Assembly: GCA_963668645.2 (NCBI GenBank)
Contig: CAXXWC010000018.1
Location: 32,001 to 96,000 of the forward strand
Reading direction: 5' to 3'
DNA length: 64,000 bases
Source: Desulfobacterales bacterium
GTDB lineage: Bacteria > Desulfobacterota > Desulfobacteria > Desulfobacterales > UBA2174
Under the pieces are notes generated by a model, which saw nothing but the letters and a program-made list of their open reading frames with translations, had not been told where the DNA came from and ran no database searches. The translations under genes and the position numbers were made by a program. Every line of letters begins with the position of its first letter. The first letter of the stretch is position 1. Shown one piece after another: positions 25,601 to 34,920 of this stretch.

Positions 25601-26365
25601 ATGCGTTTTCGACCCTGTATCGACCTGCACGGCGGCCTCGTCAAACAGATCGTCGGCGGCACCCTGGCCGACGAGGGGCCGGCCCCGGAGACCAATTTTA
25701 CCGCCGACCGGCCGGCAGAATGGTTTGCAGCCCTTTACCGTGCCGACCGGCTTAGCGGCGGCCATGTGATCCAACTCGGCCCGGGCAACCGGGAGGCTGC
25801 CCGGGCGGCTCTGGCGGCTTGGCCCGGTGGGCTCCAGGTGGGCGGCGGCATCACGGACCAAAACGCCGCTTCTTGGATCGAAGCCGGCGCCTCCCACGTC
25901 ATCGTGACCTCTTTCGTTTTTCACGACGGGATGCTGGACGAGGACAGGCTGAATCGCCTGGTAGCCGCTGTGGGGCGGCGGCGCCTGGTGCTCGACCTGA
26001 GCTGCCGGCGCCGCGGGGCGCAGTACATCGTGGTTACCGATCGGTGGCAGACCTTTACCCGCGAATCGATCCGGCCCGAACTGCTCGATCGTCTGGCGGC
26101 CCATTGCGACGAGTTTCTTGTCCACGGGGTTGACGTCGAGGGGCGCTGCCAGGGCATCGAGGCCGACCTGGTGGCCATGCTCGGCCGCTGGTCGTCCATT
26201 TCTTGTACCTACGCAGGAGGAATCCGCACCATGGCCGACATCGAGGCTGTCGGCCGCCTGGGCCAGGGGGGCATCGATTTTACCGTAGGCAGTGCGCTGG
26301 ATATTTTCGGCGGCCGCCAGCTTTCTTACCGGGAGTTGGCGGCCCGCTACGGGCCGTCCGCCTGA
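25601..26365 (+). CDS. hisA: ProFAR isomerase, eukaryotic (His6)-type
   Basis: MRFRPCIDLHGGLVKQIVGGTL; GGHVIQLG; LQVGGGI; LVLDLSCR; HGVDVEG; TVGSALDIFGG. Confidence 0.9.
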   Translation: MRFRPCIDLHGGLVKQIVGGTLADEGPAPETNFTADRPAEWFAALYRADRLSGGHVIQLGPGNREAARAALAAWPGGLQVGGGITDQNAASWIEAGASHVIVTSFVFHDGMLDEDRLNRLVAAVGRRRLVLDLSCRRRGAQYIVVTDRWQTFTRESIRPELLDRLAAHCDEFLVHGVDVEGRCQGIEADLVAMLGRWSSISCTYAGGIRTMADIEAVGRLGQGGIDFTVGSALDIFGGRQLSYRELAARYGPSA

Positions 26366-26474
26366 CGTTCCGCGAGGGCAGCGGAGCGGTTTGGCCCCGC
26401 GCTCCGTTGTCAAAGGCGGCTTGATCCTTCGTATTGTGGCCCGCCTCTTTCTGGCCGCGCTTTGCCGGAATCAC

Positions 26475-26945
26475 CTAAAAATCGCCGCGATAGGCTTCGT
26501 GACAGGCGCCACAGCTTTGCTGCAGTTGCCCCATGGCCTGGACCGCGGCGTTTTTGTCCCCTTTTTCTGCGCTCATTCGCACCTGCTGGGCTGCCGCGCG
26601 CATGGCTTCGGCGGCGGCTTCAAAGTCCGCGGGTGCCGCTCCCTTGAAATATTTGCCCTGCCCCGTGTAGGCCTGCGCGTGCTTTTCTTTGTACAAAGGG
26701 GGCATGACCTTGGCGCTCAGCACCAGGGCGGCTCCGTTTGCCTGGATGGCGCCGATGTCGCCGGCCTCGAATTTTGCAGCCGCATCTTCCACATTGAGCT
26801 TGGCTGTGTGCATCAGATACTTGCGGGTATGGACGATCTGGCGGGGTGAATCCAGACCGGTTTTCAAGACGCCTTCGGCCCAGAGCAAGCCTGCTACGGA
26901 AAAGACCAAGGCCGCAGCCAGCACCACGGTGATGATCCGTTTCAT
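26475..26945 (-). CDS. Periplasmic class II cytochrome c (cytochrome c'-like)
   Basis: Signal peptide; RKYLM; helical; single C-terminal CGACH..YR. Confidence 0.88.
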   Translation of the reverse strand: MKRIITVVLAAALVFSVAGLLWAEGVLKTGLDSPRQIVHTRKYLMHTAKLNVEDAAAKFEAGDIGAIQANGAALVLSAKVMPPLYKEKHAQAYTGQGKYFKGAAPADFEAAAEAMRAAAQQVRMSAEKGDKNAAVQAMGQLQQSCGACHEAYRGDF

Positions 26946-27014
26946 GATCAGCCTCCTCCTTGTGGATGGTGGTTGTTGCGGCCAAGACGCGCGTGCAGAC
27001 GCCGTCTTTGCATG

Positions 27015-27662
27015 CTATGCCGCCAAGGCCAGGATTCCATGGACCAGGGCAAGCAGCAAAAGCGCCTGGCCTGAACGCCGGTGCACCGCGATCTTGACCC
27101 TGAGCCAGCGGCGGCCTGTAGCCACTTGGAATGCGCACAGGAGCAGATTGGCACCCCCCAGACCGAGCACGATCCAGCCAAACGGGTTGCGACCGCCTGG
27201 CAGCGGGGGTAAGGACCCGGCATCTTGTACGGCAGCGGCTGGGGCCTCGATTTCGACCTTGACCTGCGCCGGGCCGGCGCTGCCGTGCAGATTGCAGTTG
27301 CCCTGGGCCGTAAAGACCGTGGGGCCGGTGAGCGTGTATTGCACTTCGCGGATGAAGTTTTCTTTTTCGGGCCGTGCCTGGGCGCTGAAGGTCCAGCGGC
27401 CGATTTCAGTGTCGCCGGCCTTGAGCCAGACCCAGTTGGTATAGTGGAAGAAATTGTTGCCGTCGTGGGAGGCGTTGACCCGGATGGTGATGTCGGTGCC
27501 GGCCGGGGCGCTGGCCGGAGCCTCGATGCGCACCCTGGTTTGATCGGCTGCTGCAGTCTGCGGCCAGAGCGTCATCAGACCGTACAGGGTGGCAAGCACC
27601 GCCCAGAAAAAGCGGTGCAGGCAGGATTGAAATGGCCGCGGCCAACCCTTGGCAAGGAACAT
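27015..27662 (-). CDS. Exported desulfoferrodoxin/superoxide-reductase-like domain fused to C-terminal TM helices
   Basis: Signal ending AAA; SH..NFFHYTNWV; GNCNLHG; two hydrophobic helices with His (AVHRRSG...LVHG); GGAGG RBS. Confidence 0.7.
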   Translation of the reverse strand: MFLAKGWPRPFQSCLHRFFWAVLATLYGLMTLWPQTAAADQTRVRIEAPASAPAGTDITIRVNASHDGNNFFHYTNWVWLKAGDTEIGRWTFSAQARPEKENFIREVQYTLTGPTVFTAQGNCNLHGSAGPAQVKVEIEAPAAAVQDAGSLPPLPGGRNPFGWIVLGLGGANLLLCAFQVATGRRWLRVKIAVHRRSGQALLLLALVHGILALAA

Positions 27663-27690
27663 GGCGCCTCCTGTTGACAGTTTAATCGCC

Positions 27691-27719
27691 ACCTTACAGG
27701 GAATGATTGCTATTTTCAA
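27691..27719 (-). promoter_or_regulatory. Sigma70-like promoter for the SOR-like gene, overlapped by a Fur-family-like box
   Basis: TTGAAA-17bp-TAAGGT on the minus strand; AATAGCAATCATTCCCTGT lies in the spacer. Confidence 0.5.
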
Positions 27720-27725
27720 TAGGCT

Positions 27726-28799
27726 TTAAATATACAGGATCGGCTCCAGATCGAGGCGCTGGCGCACCGCCTCCAGCAGACCGGTGGTGCCGGTCATCAT
27801 GTTATCGCCGAAAGGGGCGCCAAACATGATCGGCAGGCCGCTTTCGCGGGCCAAAGCGCGCCGCGGCCCCGTGGCCACGATCAGCCCGAGTTTGGCGAAA
27901 CCGAGCCGCTTGCGAGTGTAGGCCCCATGACCGCCGGCAGCCAGGACCGCGCCGTGTTCCAGGCGCCCTTCGGCAAGATCGGTCAGTATATCATCAAGGT
28001 TTTGGGCAGAGACATCCCGGGTGTGGTACTCGACGTAGGCGGCGATCTTGCCGTCGCTCAACGTGGCGGCGACGGTATGTGAGGTGGCGATATCCAGCAC
28101 CATCAGGTGCCGGTTACGCATCGCCAGAGGATCGAAGCCGGCGCCGAGAATCGCGGCCATGCCGCTGTCCATGACATAGACGGCCCGCGTCGGCAGGCGC
28201 CCGGCGTCAGCGGCGATGGTCCGCAAGCGATTGAAGGTCTGCGGCACGGCCTCGGCGGCATAGAGCAACGCCGCAGGGGAGGGATTTTGATCCAGTACCG
28301 CGGCATGCATCCGATGCCGGTAGTCCAGATGGGATTCGCCCGCCGGCGGCATGCCATGGTCCTGGGCGCAAACGGCGACCGCATCGAAGTCAAAAGGGAT
28401 ATCCATGGCAGCCGCGATGCGGCGGATCTGTTCGGGGTCGATATCGGCCAGCACGATGTTTTCGCAGCCGGCCTCGGCCAGGCGGCCAGCTTCGGTGTCC
28501 GTTACGATCTCAAGGCCCATGGCCGATACTTTGGCGGCATCATGGTGCAAGGTGCGGGCCGCTTGCGCGGTGATCGCCACACGGGCTTGACCGGCTCTGG
28601 ATTCCAGGGCGGCGGTTACCGGGCCGCCGCCCATCTCACCGCCTTGCACCACCAAATCTTTGTTGCCGGAACGCACCCGGCGGGCCACGGTGCGCACCGG
28701 GGAACTCAATACGGTTTTATAGCTTTGGCGATTGTCGCTATCGTACCACAAGACGTCCATGGTGCCGGCGCCGACATCGATCATCAAAAAGCGCGCCAT
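27726..28799 (-). CDS. DUF1786-family protein (ASKHA/actin-like fold)
   Basis: IDVGAGTMD; GGEMGGGP; AQDHG; VMDSG.AA; EYHT; GGHG; PFGDNMMTG. Confidence 0.85.
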   Translation of the reverse strand: MARFLMIDVGAGTMDVLWYDSDNRQSYKTVLSSPVRTVARRVRSGNKDLVVQGGEMGGGPVTAALESRAGQARVAITAQAARTLHHDAAKVSAMGLEIVTDTEAGRLAEAGCENIVLADIDPEQIRRIAAAMDIPFDFDAVAVCAQDHGMPPAGESHLDYRHRMHAAVLDQNPSPAALLYAAEAVPQTFNRLRTIAADAGRLPTRAVYVMDSGMAAILGAGFDPLAMRNRHLMVLDIATSHTVAATLSDGKIAAYVEYHTRDVSAQNLDDILTDLAEGRLEHGAVLAAGGHGAYTRKRLGFAKLGLIVATGPRRALARESGLPIMFGAPFGDNMMTGTTGLLEAVRQRLDLEPILYI

Positions 28800-28873
28800 C
28801 TGTTTTCCGTCCTCTTATCAGGTTGCTGGGATTTCGGTCGGCGATCGGCCTTGACGGATGGATGCTGATGCCT

Positions 28874-28892
28874 AATAGTATTGGTTACCGAT
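28874..28892. promoter_or_regulatory. Candidate PerR/Fur-family box in the DUF1786/DVU0772 divergent region
   Basis: AATAGTATTGGTTACCGAT imperfect palindrome over the -10 region downstream of TTGACG (28851). Confidence 0.45.
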
Positions 28893-28945
28893 TTGAAATA
28901 AGGCTGCGCCGGTTGCCGCCAATACCCGGTGGAAAGGGGTTGCAT

Positions 28946-29302
28946 ATGTCCGCCTTGCATAAAATCGCCCGCGATCGCCAACTTGTCAATGCCATCGATT
29001 GGGAGATGACGCCCGAGGAAGCGGTTCGCCTTTACCTGGAATGGGGCAACAACTGGACGCGGGGCAACTACGTGATCCGGTCGAAAAACGATGTGGCCCA
29101 TTATTTCGTGGTCAACACCTGGCATGAACCGGTGATCTACCTGATTCGGCGCAATTCGGAGGAGGCCGAAGAATTGGCGGCCATCCGGATGCCCGAGGCC
29201 CTCGAGCGCCGCTTTATGCAGCGGGTGGGCCATCACAAGGGGGTTTGGCCCATCGACAATGAACTTCGCGGCTGGCTGCAAAAAGAACTCGACGCGGCCT
29301 GA
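28946..29302 (+). CDS. DVU0772-family protein
   Basis: IDWEMTPEEAVRLYLEWGNNW; YFVVNTW; LIRRN. Confidence 0.8.
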   Translation: MSALHKIARDRQLVNAIDWEMTPEEAVRLYLEWGNNWTRGNYVIRSKNDVAHYFVVNTWHEPVIYLIRRNSEEAEELAAIRMPEALERRFMQRVGHHKGVWPIDNELRGWLQKELDAA

Positions 29303-29312
29303 CGGCAACGCT

Positions 29313-29717
29313 TCAATGGCCTTGGAGGGCCTGGCAATGCGGGCAAAGGCCGATAAACTCCAGGCGGTGGCCCAGGATCTGAAAATCGGTCTTGCCTGAC
29401 AGGATGACTTCGATATCGTCCAGCCGCTCTACCGGGGCATCCACTACCCGTTTGCATGAGGCACAGCGGATATGGTAGTGGGCTTCGGGGTTGCCGTCGA
29501 AACGTTTCAGTGTGCCGCCCGTTTCGATCTTCTGAATCTCGCCCAACTCGGCGAGGACCTCCAAGTTGCGGTAGACCGTACCGAGACTGATGCGAGGCAG
29601 GCGCCGCCGCACCAGGCTGTAGATTTCATCCGCTCCGGGATGGGTACATGTCTTGCGCAGTTCTTCCAAAATGACCTGCCGTTGGCGGGTCATTCGCATC
29701 TGGACCGGTTTTTCCAC
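29313..29717 (-). CDS. Fur-family regulator, PerR-like
   Basis: RMTRQR; HPGADEIY; ISLGTVYRNL; HYHIRCASC; GLCPHC; GTG start after a purine-rich RBS. Confidence 0.92.
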   Translation of the reverse strand: MEKPVQMRMTRQRQVILEELRKTCTHPGADEIYSLVRRRLPRISLGTVYRNLEVLAELGEIQKIETGGTLKRFDGNPEAHYHIRCASCKRVVDAPVERLDDIEVILSGKTDFQILGHRLEFIGLCPHCQALQGH

Positions 29718-29928
29718 CTTTCTCTTCCTTCCCAACGGTTCAAAATCAGGCCTCCCCAAAGGCCGATTCATAATCGGGTTTGTCATCAAGTCGACTCTGC
29801 GGGGGGCATGCGGTACCCGCTTTAAGTGTTTTTCGTATCAGTTTTATACCGTTTCCCGGCTCTCCTGCGGATAATATCGGATTCCGCATGGGATTGCCGT
29901 TTTGAGATTCCTGGGCATCGATGCACAG

Positions 29929-31107
29929 TCAGCGCTGTTCCAGGGGAACGTAAGCGCACTCCTGGGGGCCGCAATAGTCACCGATATACTCCGCACCGGG
30001 TCGGTACAGGGACGGCTTGGGGGCTGCCAGGGCAAACGCCTCCTCGATCACGTGGGCCGTCCATCCGGCCACCCGGGAGACTGCAAAGACGGGGGTGAAC
30101 AGATCCACAGGGATGCCCATGCAGTAAAAGAGTGAAGCGCTGTAAAAATCGACATTGACAAAGATGTCGATGCCCTTGCGTGCTTTGAAGGCGGCCTTGC
30201 CTGTTTTTTCGAGCTTCCTGGACATGGCGTACCAGTGCGGCTGCCCGCTGCGCCGGCCCATCTCTTCGGCCATGGGGGCCAGGATGTGGGCGCGCGGATC
30301 GTCCACCTTGTAGACGGCATGGCCCAAACCCATGATTTTCTGCCCCTGGTCGAGGACCCGGTTGACGTAGGCTTCCACCTGCTCGATGTCGCCGATGGCC
30401 TTGAGCATCTCCATGACCCGCACGTTGGCCCCCCCGTGCAGTTCTCCGGATAGCGAACCGACAGCGGCCGAAACCGCCGCGTACATGTGGGCCCGGGTCG
30501 AGGCCACCTGGCGCGCGGAGAAGGTCGAAGCGTTGAACGAGTGCTCGGCGTGCAGCACCAGGGCTGTGTCGAAAAAGCGCGCGACCTCGTCATCGGGCCT
30601 CTGGCCGCCGAGCATGTAAAGGAAATTGGCCGCGTGTCCCAGATCCGGATCCGGGTCTACCGGCGCCTGCCCATGCCGGATCCGATGCCAGGCCGCGACC
30701 AGGGTCCCCAACTGGCCGATCAATCGGACCGCCCGTTTTTGAGTCCCCTCAATGGTCTGGTCGGAAGGTGCCGGGTCGTAAGGCGCCAGCATGGCTACGG
30801 CCGCTTGCAGCACATCCATGGGTGGGCTGGCAGGCGGCAGGGCTTTCATGGCCTCTACGATTCCCGGCGGCAAAAAGCGCGCCCGGCTGAGCTGGTCTTT
30901 GAAGTCCGCCAGGGTCTCGGCATCCGGCAACCGTTCGAAAACCAGCAGGTGGGCGACTTCTTCGAAAGTGGCCTCCTCGGCCAGGCTGACCACCGGAAAG
31001 CCGCGGTAGATCAATTTGCCGGCGTTCCCGTCCACGTGGCTGATGCGGGTGCTGGCGACCTTGACCCCCCTCAGACCGGTGTTGACTGTCGGTGTACACG
31101 CTTCCAT
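29929..31107 (-). CDS. Citrate (Si)/2-methylcitrate synthase family protein
   Basis: GKLIYRG; LHAEHSFNASTF; GELHGGAN; MGLGHAVYK..DPRA; NVDFYS. Confidence 0.93.
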   Translation of the reverse strand: MEACTPTVNTGLRGVKVASTRISHVDGNAGKLIYRGFPVVSLAEEATFEEVAHLLVFERLPDAETLADFKDQLSRARFLPPGIVEAMKALPPASPPMDVLQAAVAMLAPYDPAPSDQTIEGTQKRAVRLIGQLGTLVAAWHRIRHGQAPVDPDPDLGHAANFLYMLGGQRPDDEVARFFDTALVLHAEHSFNASTFSARQVASTRAHMYAAVSAAVGSLSGELHGGANVRVMEMLKAIGDIEQVEAYVNRVLDQGQKIMGLGHAVYKVDDPRAHILAPMAEEMGRRSGQPHWYAMSRKLEKTGKAAFKARKGIDIFVNVDFYSASLFYCMGIPVDLFTPVFAVSRVAGWTAHVIEEAFALAAPKPSLYRPGAEYIGDYCGPQECAYVPLEQR

Positions 31108-31151
31108 CGTGTCCCTCCCTGGCAGGATGAGGTTAGTGGATGCCGGCTTGG

Positions 31152-31355
31152 TCACAGATCGATCCACATGTCCGCTTCATTGCCACAGTGGGTACAGGTG
31201 CCGTGAGCCTTGACCTGATGGCCGGGTTGGGCCGATTCGGCAGGCGGCGTTTTCTCTGAAGGTGAAGCTTCCGGCAGGGTACAGGTCAGGACCATCTCAG
31301 CCTCGTTGCCGCAATTTTCACACTTGCAGACTTGTTTACGCGTGATTTCAGCCAT
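31152..31355 (-). CDS. Small protein with a duplicated CxxCGNEAxM motif
   Basis: 67 aa; CENCGNEAEM and CTHCGNEADM; GAGGA RBS; directly upstream of citrate synthase. Confidence 0.75.
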   Translation of the reverse strand: MAEITRKQVCKCENCGNEAEMVLTCTLPEASPSEKTPPAESAQPGHQVKAHGTCTHCGNEADMWIDL

Positions 31356-31624
31356 AGCGCGTTCCTCTTTGAATTTAGGGGCTAAACAGTCGAAAACGAC
31401 CAACAAGCAACCAGTTACGATTCCTACAAATTGGGAATTCGATCCGTAAAAGTCAAGGATGAAATCGCCTGGCGGATTCGCGCCACCGGCCGCAACCAAC
31501 AACGAGTTGAAAACCCACCTTGAAAATGGTAATGTTTCTCGTCAGTTTTCCGGTGCCGTAATTATACTGTAATCGTTATGGGTTAACGTTTTTTCCCCGG
31601 CCGGTGTGCCCGCATTGCACAGCT

Positions 31625-32968
31625 ATGAACAGGTTAAGGGTTCGCAAAGGCTATACATTGAAATTAAGCGGGGCCCCCACGGCGGATCTGGACGTTTCGG
31701 AACGTCCCCGGCGTGTGGCCCTGCTGCCCGATCAGATCCCCTTCATCAAACCCAAGCTGTTGATCCGGGAAGGGGAACCGGTGGCTGTGGGCAGCGCCCT
31801 GTTTCACGACAAGCGCCATCCGCAAGTCCGTTTCCTGTCCCCGGGCGGAGGGATTGTCGAAGCCGTCGAATACGGCCCGCGCCGGGTGATCCGGCGCATC
31901 GTGATCCGCCTGGATGAAATCGAGGAGGCCGAGACCTTCGAGGCCTTCTCCGAGGACCGGCTGCGCCGGATCGAACGTCAGCATCTGGTGGCGGCTCTGT
32001 GCGACGGCGGACTTTGGCCCCTGCTGCGGGCCTTGCCCTTTCGCGACTATCCGGATCCGCAGCTGGATCCTCCGGCCATCGTCGTGACCCTGGCCGACGA
32101 CGAACCCTTCCAGCCCGATCCGGCCATATACCTCGCCGGCCGGCGGGATCTGTTCGCTTTTGGCATGCAGGTCCTGGCACGGCTGGCCCCGCAGATTTTT
32201 GTAGTTGCGCCGGCCGGCGGCCAGAGTATGCAAAAAGAACTGGGGGCCTGGATTACCCACATGGTATCCGGCCCTTATCCGGCCCAGGATCCCGGGGTTT
32301 TCATCTATCATACACGCCGTTCGCCCGCCGAGAATCGGGCCTGGTTCGTGCGCGGCCAGGACCTGCTGCTCATCGCTGGCCTGCTGCGCGAGGGACGCTA
32401 TCCCACCGAACGGATCGTGGCCGTGGGCGGCCCGGCCGCCGGGCGCCGGCGCCATGTGGCCACCCGCCTCGGAGTCCCCCTGGGCCTTCTGGCAGATGCG
32501 CCCGGTGATGCCTCGGTGCGCTATATCGTGGGGGGGGTGTTGCGCGGTTTCAGCAGCGAGGAGAACGGGTATCTGGGATGGCGGGAGACGTCGCTCAACC
32601 TGTTGTCGGCAGGCGACAGCCGTGAGTTTCTGGCCTTCGTACGGCCCGGTGCGCGCAAGCCGAGCTTCTCGCGCACCTTTCTATCGGCCCTGCATCGAGA
32701 TGGGCTGCCGATGGACTGCAACCTGCACGGCGAGCTGCGGCCCTGTGTGGCTTGCAACGCCTGCGTGCAGGTCTGCCCGGTGGAGATCCTGCCCCAGTTG
32801 ACCTTCAAGAGCCTGTTGGCCGGAGACATCGAAGAGGCCCTGGCCCACGGGCTCCTCGATTGCGTCGAGTGCGGTCTGTGCAGTTATGTCTGCCCGGCCA
32901 AGATTGAGATCTGTGATTTGCTGACCCGCGCCAAACGCCGATACTACCAGGAGCAAAGCGCCGCATGA
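31625..32968 (+). CDS. nqrA: Na+-translocating NADH:quinone reductase subunit A, retaining a 2x[4Fe-4S] domain
   Basis: RVRKGYTLKLSGAP; LFHDK; SPGGG; GLWPLLRALPF; CVACNACVQVCP and CVECGLCSYVCP. Confidence 0.88.
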   Translation: MNRLRVRKGYTLKLSGAPTADLDVSERPRRVALLPDQIPFIKPKLLIREGEPVAVGSALFHDKRHPQVRFLSPGGGIVEAVEYGPRRVIRRIVIRLDEIEEAETFEAFSEDRLRRIERQHLVAALCDGGLWPLLRALPFRDYPDPQLDPPAIVVTLADDEPFQPDPAIYLAGRRDLFAFGMQVLARLAPQIFVVAPAGGQSMQKELGAWITHMVSGPYPAQDPGVFIYHTRRSPAENRAWFVRGQDLLLIAGLLREGRYPTERIVAVGGPAAGRRRHVATRLGVPLGLLADAPGDASVRYIVGGVLRGFSSEENGYLGWRETSLNLLSAGDSREFLAFVRPGARKPSFSRTFLSALHRDGLPMDCNLHGELRPCVACNACVQVCPVEILPQLTFKSLLAGDIEEALAHGLLDCVECGLCSYVCPAKIEICDLLTRAKRRYYQEQSAA

Positions 32969-34146
32969 AACGTATAGTGCAGCGATTTTTCGACGGCCAG
33001 CGTCCCCATTTCACCAAGGGTGGGCGACTGGCGAGGCTGCATCCGTTTTTCGAGGCCATGGAGACGGTCTTTTTCGCGCCGGCCGACACCACCCGAATCG
33101 GCCCCCACGTGCGCGACAGTCTCGACGTCAAACGCTTCATGACCCTGGTGATCGTCTGCCTGCTGCCCCATTTCTTTTTCGGCATCTACAACGTCGGCTA
33201 CCAGAGCCTTGCGGCCACCGGCCGCCCCACCGAGTTCGTCGCCGCCTGCTGGATCGGCATCGAGGTGGTGCTGCCCATGGTGATCGTTACTTACGTGGTC
33301 GGTTTTTTCTGGGAGATCGTGTTCGCCGTCGTAAGGCGCCATACCATCAGCGAAGGGCTTTTTGTCACCTGTATGCTCTTTCCGCTGACCCTGCCGCCCA
33401 CCATCCCCCTGTGGCAGGTGGCCCTGGGGATCAGCTTCGGCATCGTGATCGGCAAGGAGGTCTTCGGCGGCACGGGGCGCAACTTTCTCAACCCGGCCTT
33501 GACTGGGCGGGCATTTCTCTTTTTCGCCTACCCGGTCCAGATGTCCGGGGCTGCGGTCTGGACCTATCTGGGCGGCCGGGCCGCGGTGGACGGGTTTTCC
33601 GGGGCCACGCCCCTGGCGATGGCAGCGGCCGCCGAGCCGCCGGCCGCGATCCAGGCGGTGCTCAGCCAGGCCCATTGCGATTTTTGGACGCTTTTTCTGG
33701 GACGCTATGCCGGCAGTATCGGCGCCACCTCGACTCTGCTTTGCCTTCTGGGGGCCCTGGCCCTAGTCATTATGGGCATCGCCAGCTACCGCACCATTCT
33801 CGGCGGGGTCCTGGGAATTTTGGCCACGGCCGCCTTGCTCAATCTGTTTGCCGGCCCTGCAGCGTCCCCCTGGCTGGGCCTCAACCCGGTTTGCCACCTG
33901 GTGATGGGCGGGGCGGCCTTCGGACTGGCTTACATGGCCACCGATCCGGTTTCGAGCCCGGACATGGAATCGGCGCGCTGGATTTACGGTTTTTTGATCG
34001 GGGTGCTGACGGTGCTGATCCGGGTTTTCAACCCGGCGTTTCCCGAAGGGATCATGCTGGCGATTTTGTTTATGAACGTTTTTGCACCGCTTTTGGATCA
34101 TTTCGTGATCAAGGCGCGGCTCAAGCGGCGCATGGTCCATACCTGA
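32965..34146 (+). CDS. nqrB: Na+-NQR subunit B
   Basis: PHVRDSLDVKR; KEVFGGTGRNFLNPAL; FMN site SGATPL; MATDPVS; PLLDH. Confidence 0.95.
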   Translation: MKRIVQRFFDGQRPHFTKGGRLARLHPFFEAMETVFFAPADTTRIGPHVRDSLDVKRFMTLVIVCLLPHFFFGIYNVGYQSLAATGRPTEFVAACWIGIEVVLPMVIVTYVVGFFWEIVFAVVRRHTISEGLFVTCMLFPLTLPPTIPLWQVALGISFGIVIGKEVFGGTGRNFLNPALTGRAFLFFAYPVQMSGAAVWTYLGGRAAVDGFSGATPLAMAAAAEPPAAIQAVLSQAHCDFWTLFLGRYAGSIGATSTLLCLLGALALVIMGIASYRTILGGVLGILATAALLNLFAGPAASPWLGLNPVCHLVMGGAAFGLAYMATDPVSSPDMESARWIYGFLIGVLTVLIRVFNPAFPEGIMLAILFMNVFAPLLDHFVIKARLKRRMVHT

Positions 34147-34183
34147 TGCCCGGCCCCGGCCGGGCGGTACAGGAAAGGAAAAG

Positions 34184-34906
34184 ATGAGCGGACCGATGCG
34201 ATCACTTCTGTTCACGCTGGTGCTTTGCATCGTGTGCAGCCTGCTGCTCACGGGGGCCGCCACCGGGCTCAAGGACCGCCAGCAGCGCAACCTGCTCATC
34301 GACCGGCAAAAGAACCTGCTCCAGAGCGTGGGGCTGGTAACGGCCCATCAGCACCCGGGGGCCGATGCCATCGAGCGGCTCTATCATGCCAATATCCGCC
34401 AGGTATGGATCGATGCGGCCGGGCGCATCGTCCCGCAAGGCGAGCACCGGGCGACCGACCTGCCTCTTTACCTATACGTGAAGGACGACTGTGTCGCCGC
34501 CTATATCGTGCCCATCGACAGCCAGGGACTCTGGGGCCGGATCAACGGCTACCTGGCCCTGGAAAGCGACGGTTCGACGGTGGCCGGTTTCACCGTCTAC
34601 CGCCACCAGGAGACGCCCGGACTGGGCGGCGAGATCGAGCAGCGCTGGTTTCAGAAAAATTTCGTGGGCAAGCGCATCACCAACCGCAGCGGCGATTTCG
34701 TGTCGGTTCAGATCGCCCGCGGCAAGGTGAACGAGGTGATCGCCCCGGATCGCCAGGCCAACTATGTCGACGGGATCAGCGGTGCCACCATGACCGGAAA
34801 GTATCTTTCCAGCGGGCTCAAATCGACCCTGACGCGCTACGAGCCGGTGGCTGTCAAGTTCCGCCGCAATCCGACCTGCCCGTCGCCTGCCGCTGTCGGC
34901 GGCTGA
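34184..34906 (+). CDS. nqrC: Na+-NQR subunit C
   Basis: [33 protein letters not shown]. Confidence 0.93.
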   Translation: MSGPMRSLLFTLVLCIVCSLLLTGAATGLKDRQQRNLLIDRQKNLLQSVGLVTAHQHPGADAIERLYHANIRQVWIDAAGRIVPQGEHRATDLPLYLYVKDDCVAAYIVPIDSQGLWGRINGYLALESDGSTVAGFTVYRHQETPGLGGEIEQRWFQKNFVGKRITNRSGDFVSVQIARGKVNEVIAPDRQANYVDGISGATMTGKYLSSGLKSTLTRYEPVAVKFRRNPTCPSPAAVGG

Positions 34907-34920
34907 AGCAAGGACGCACC

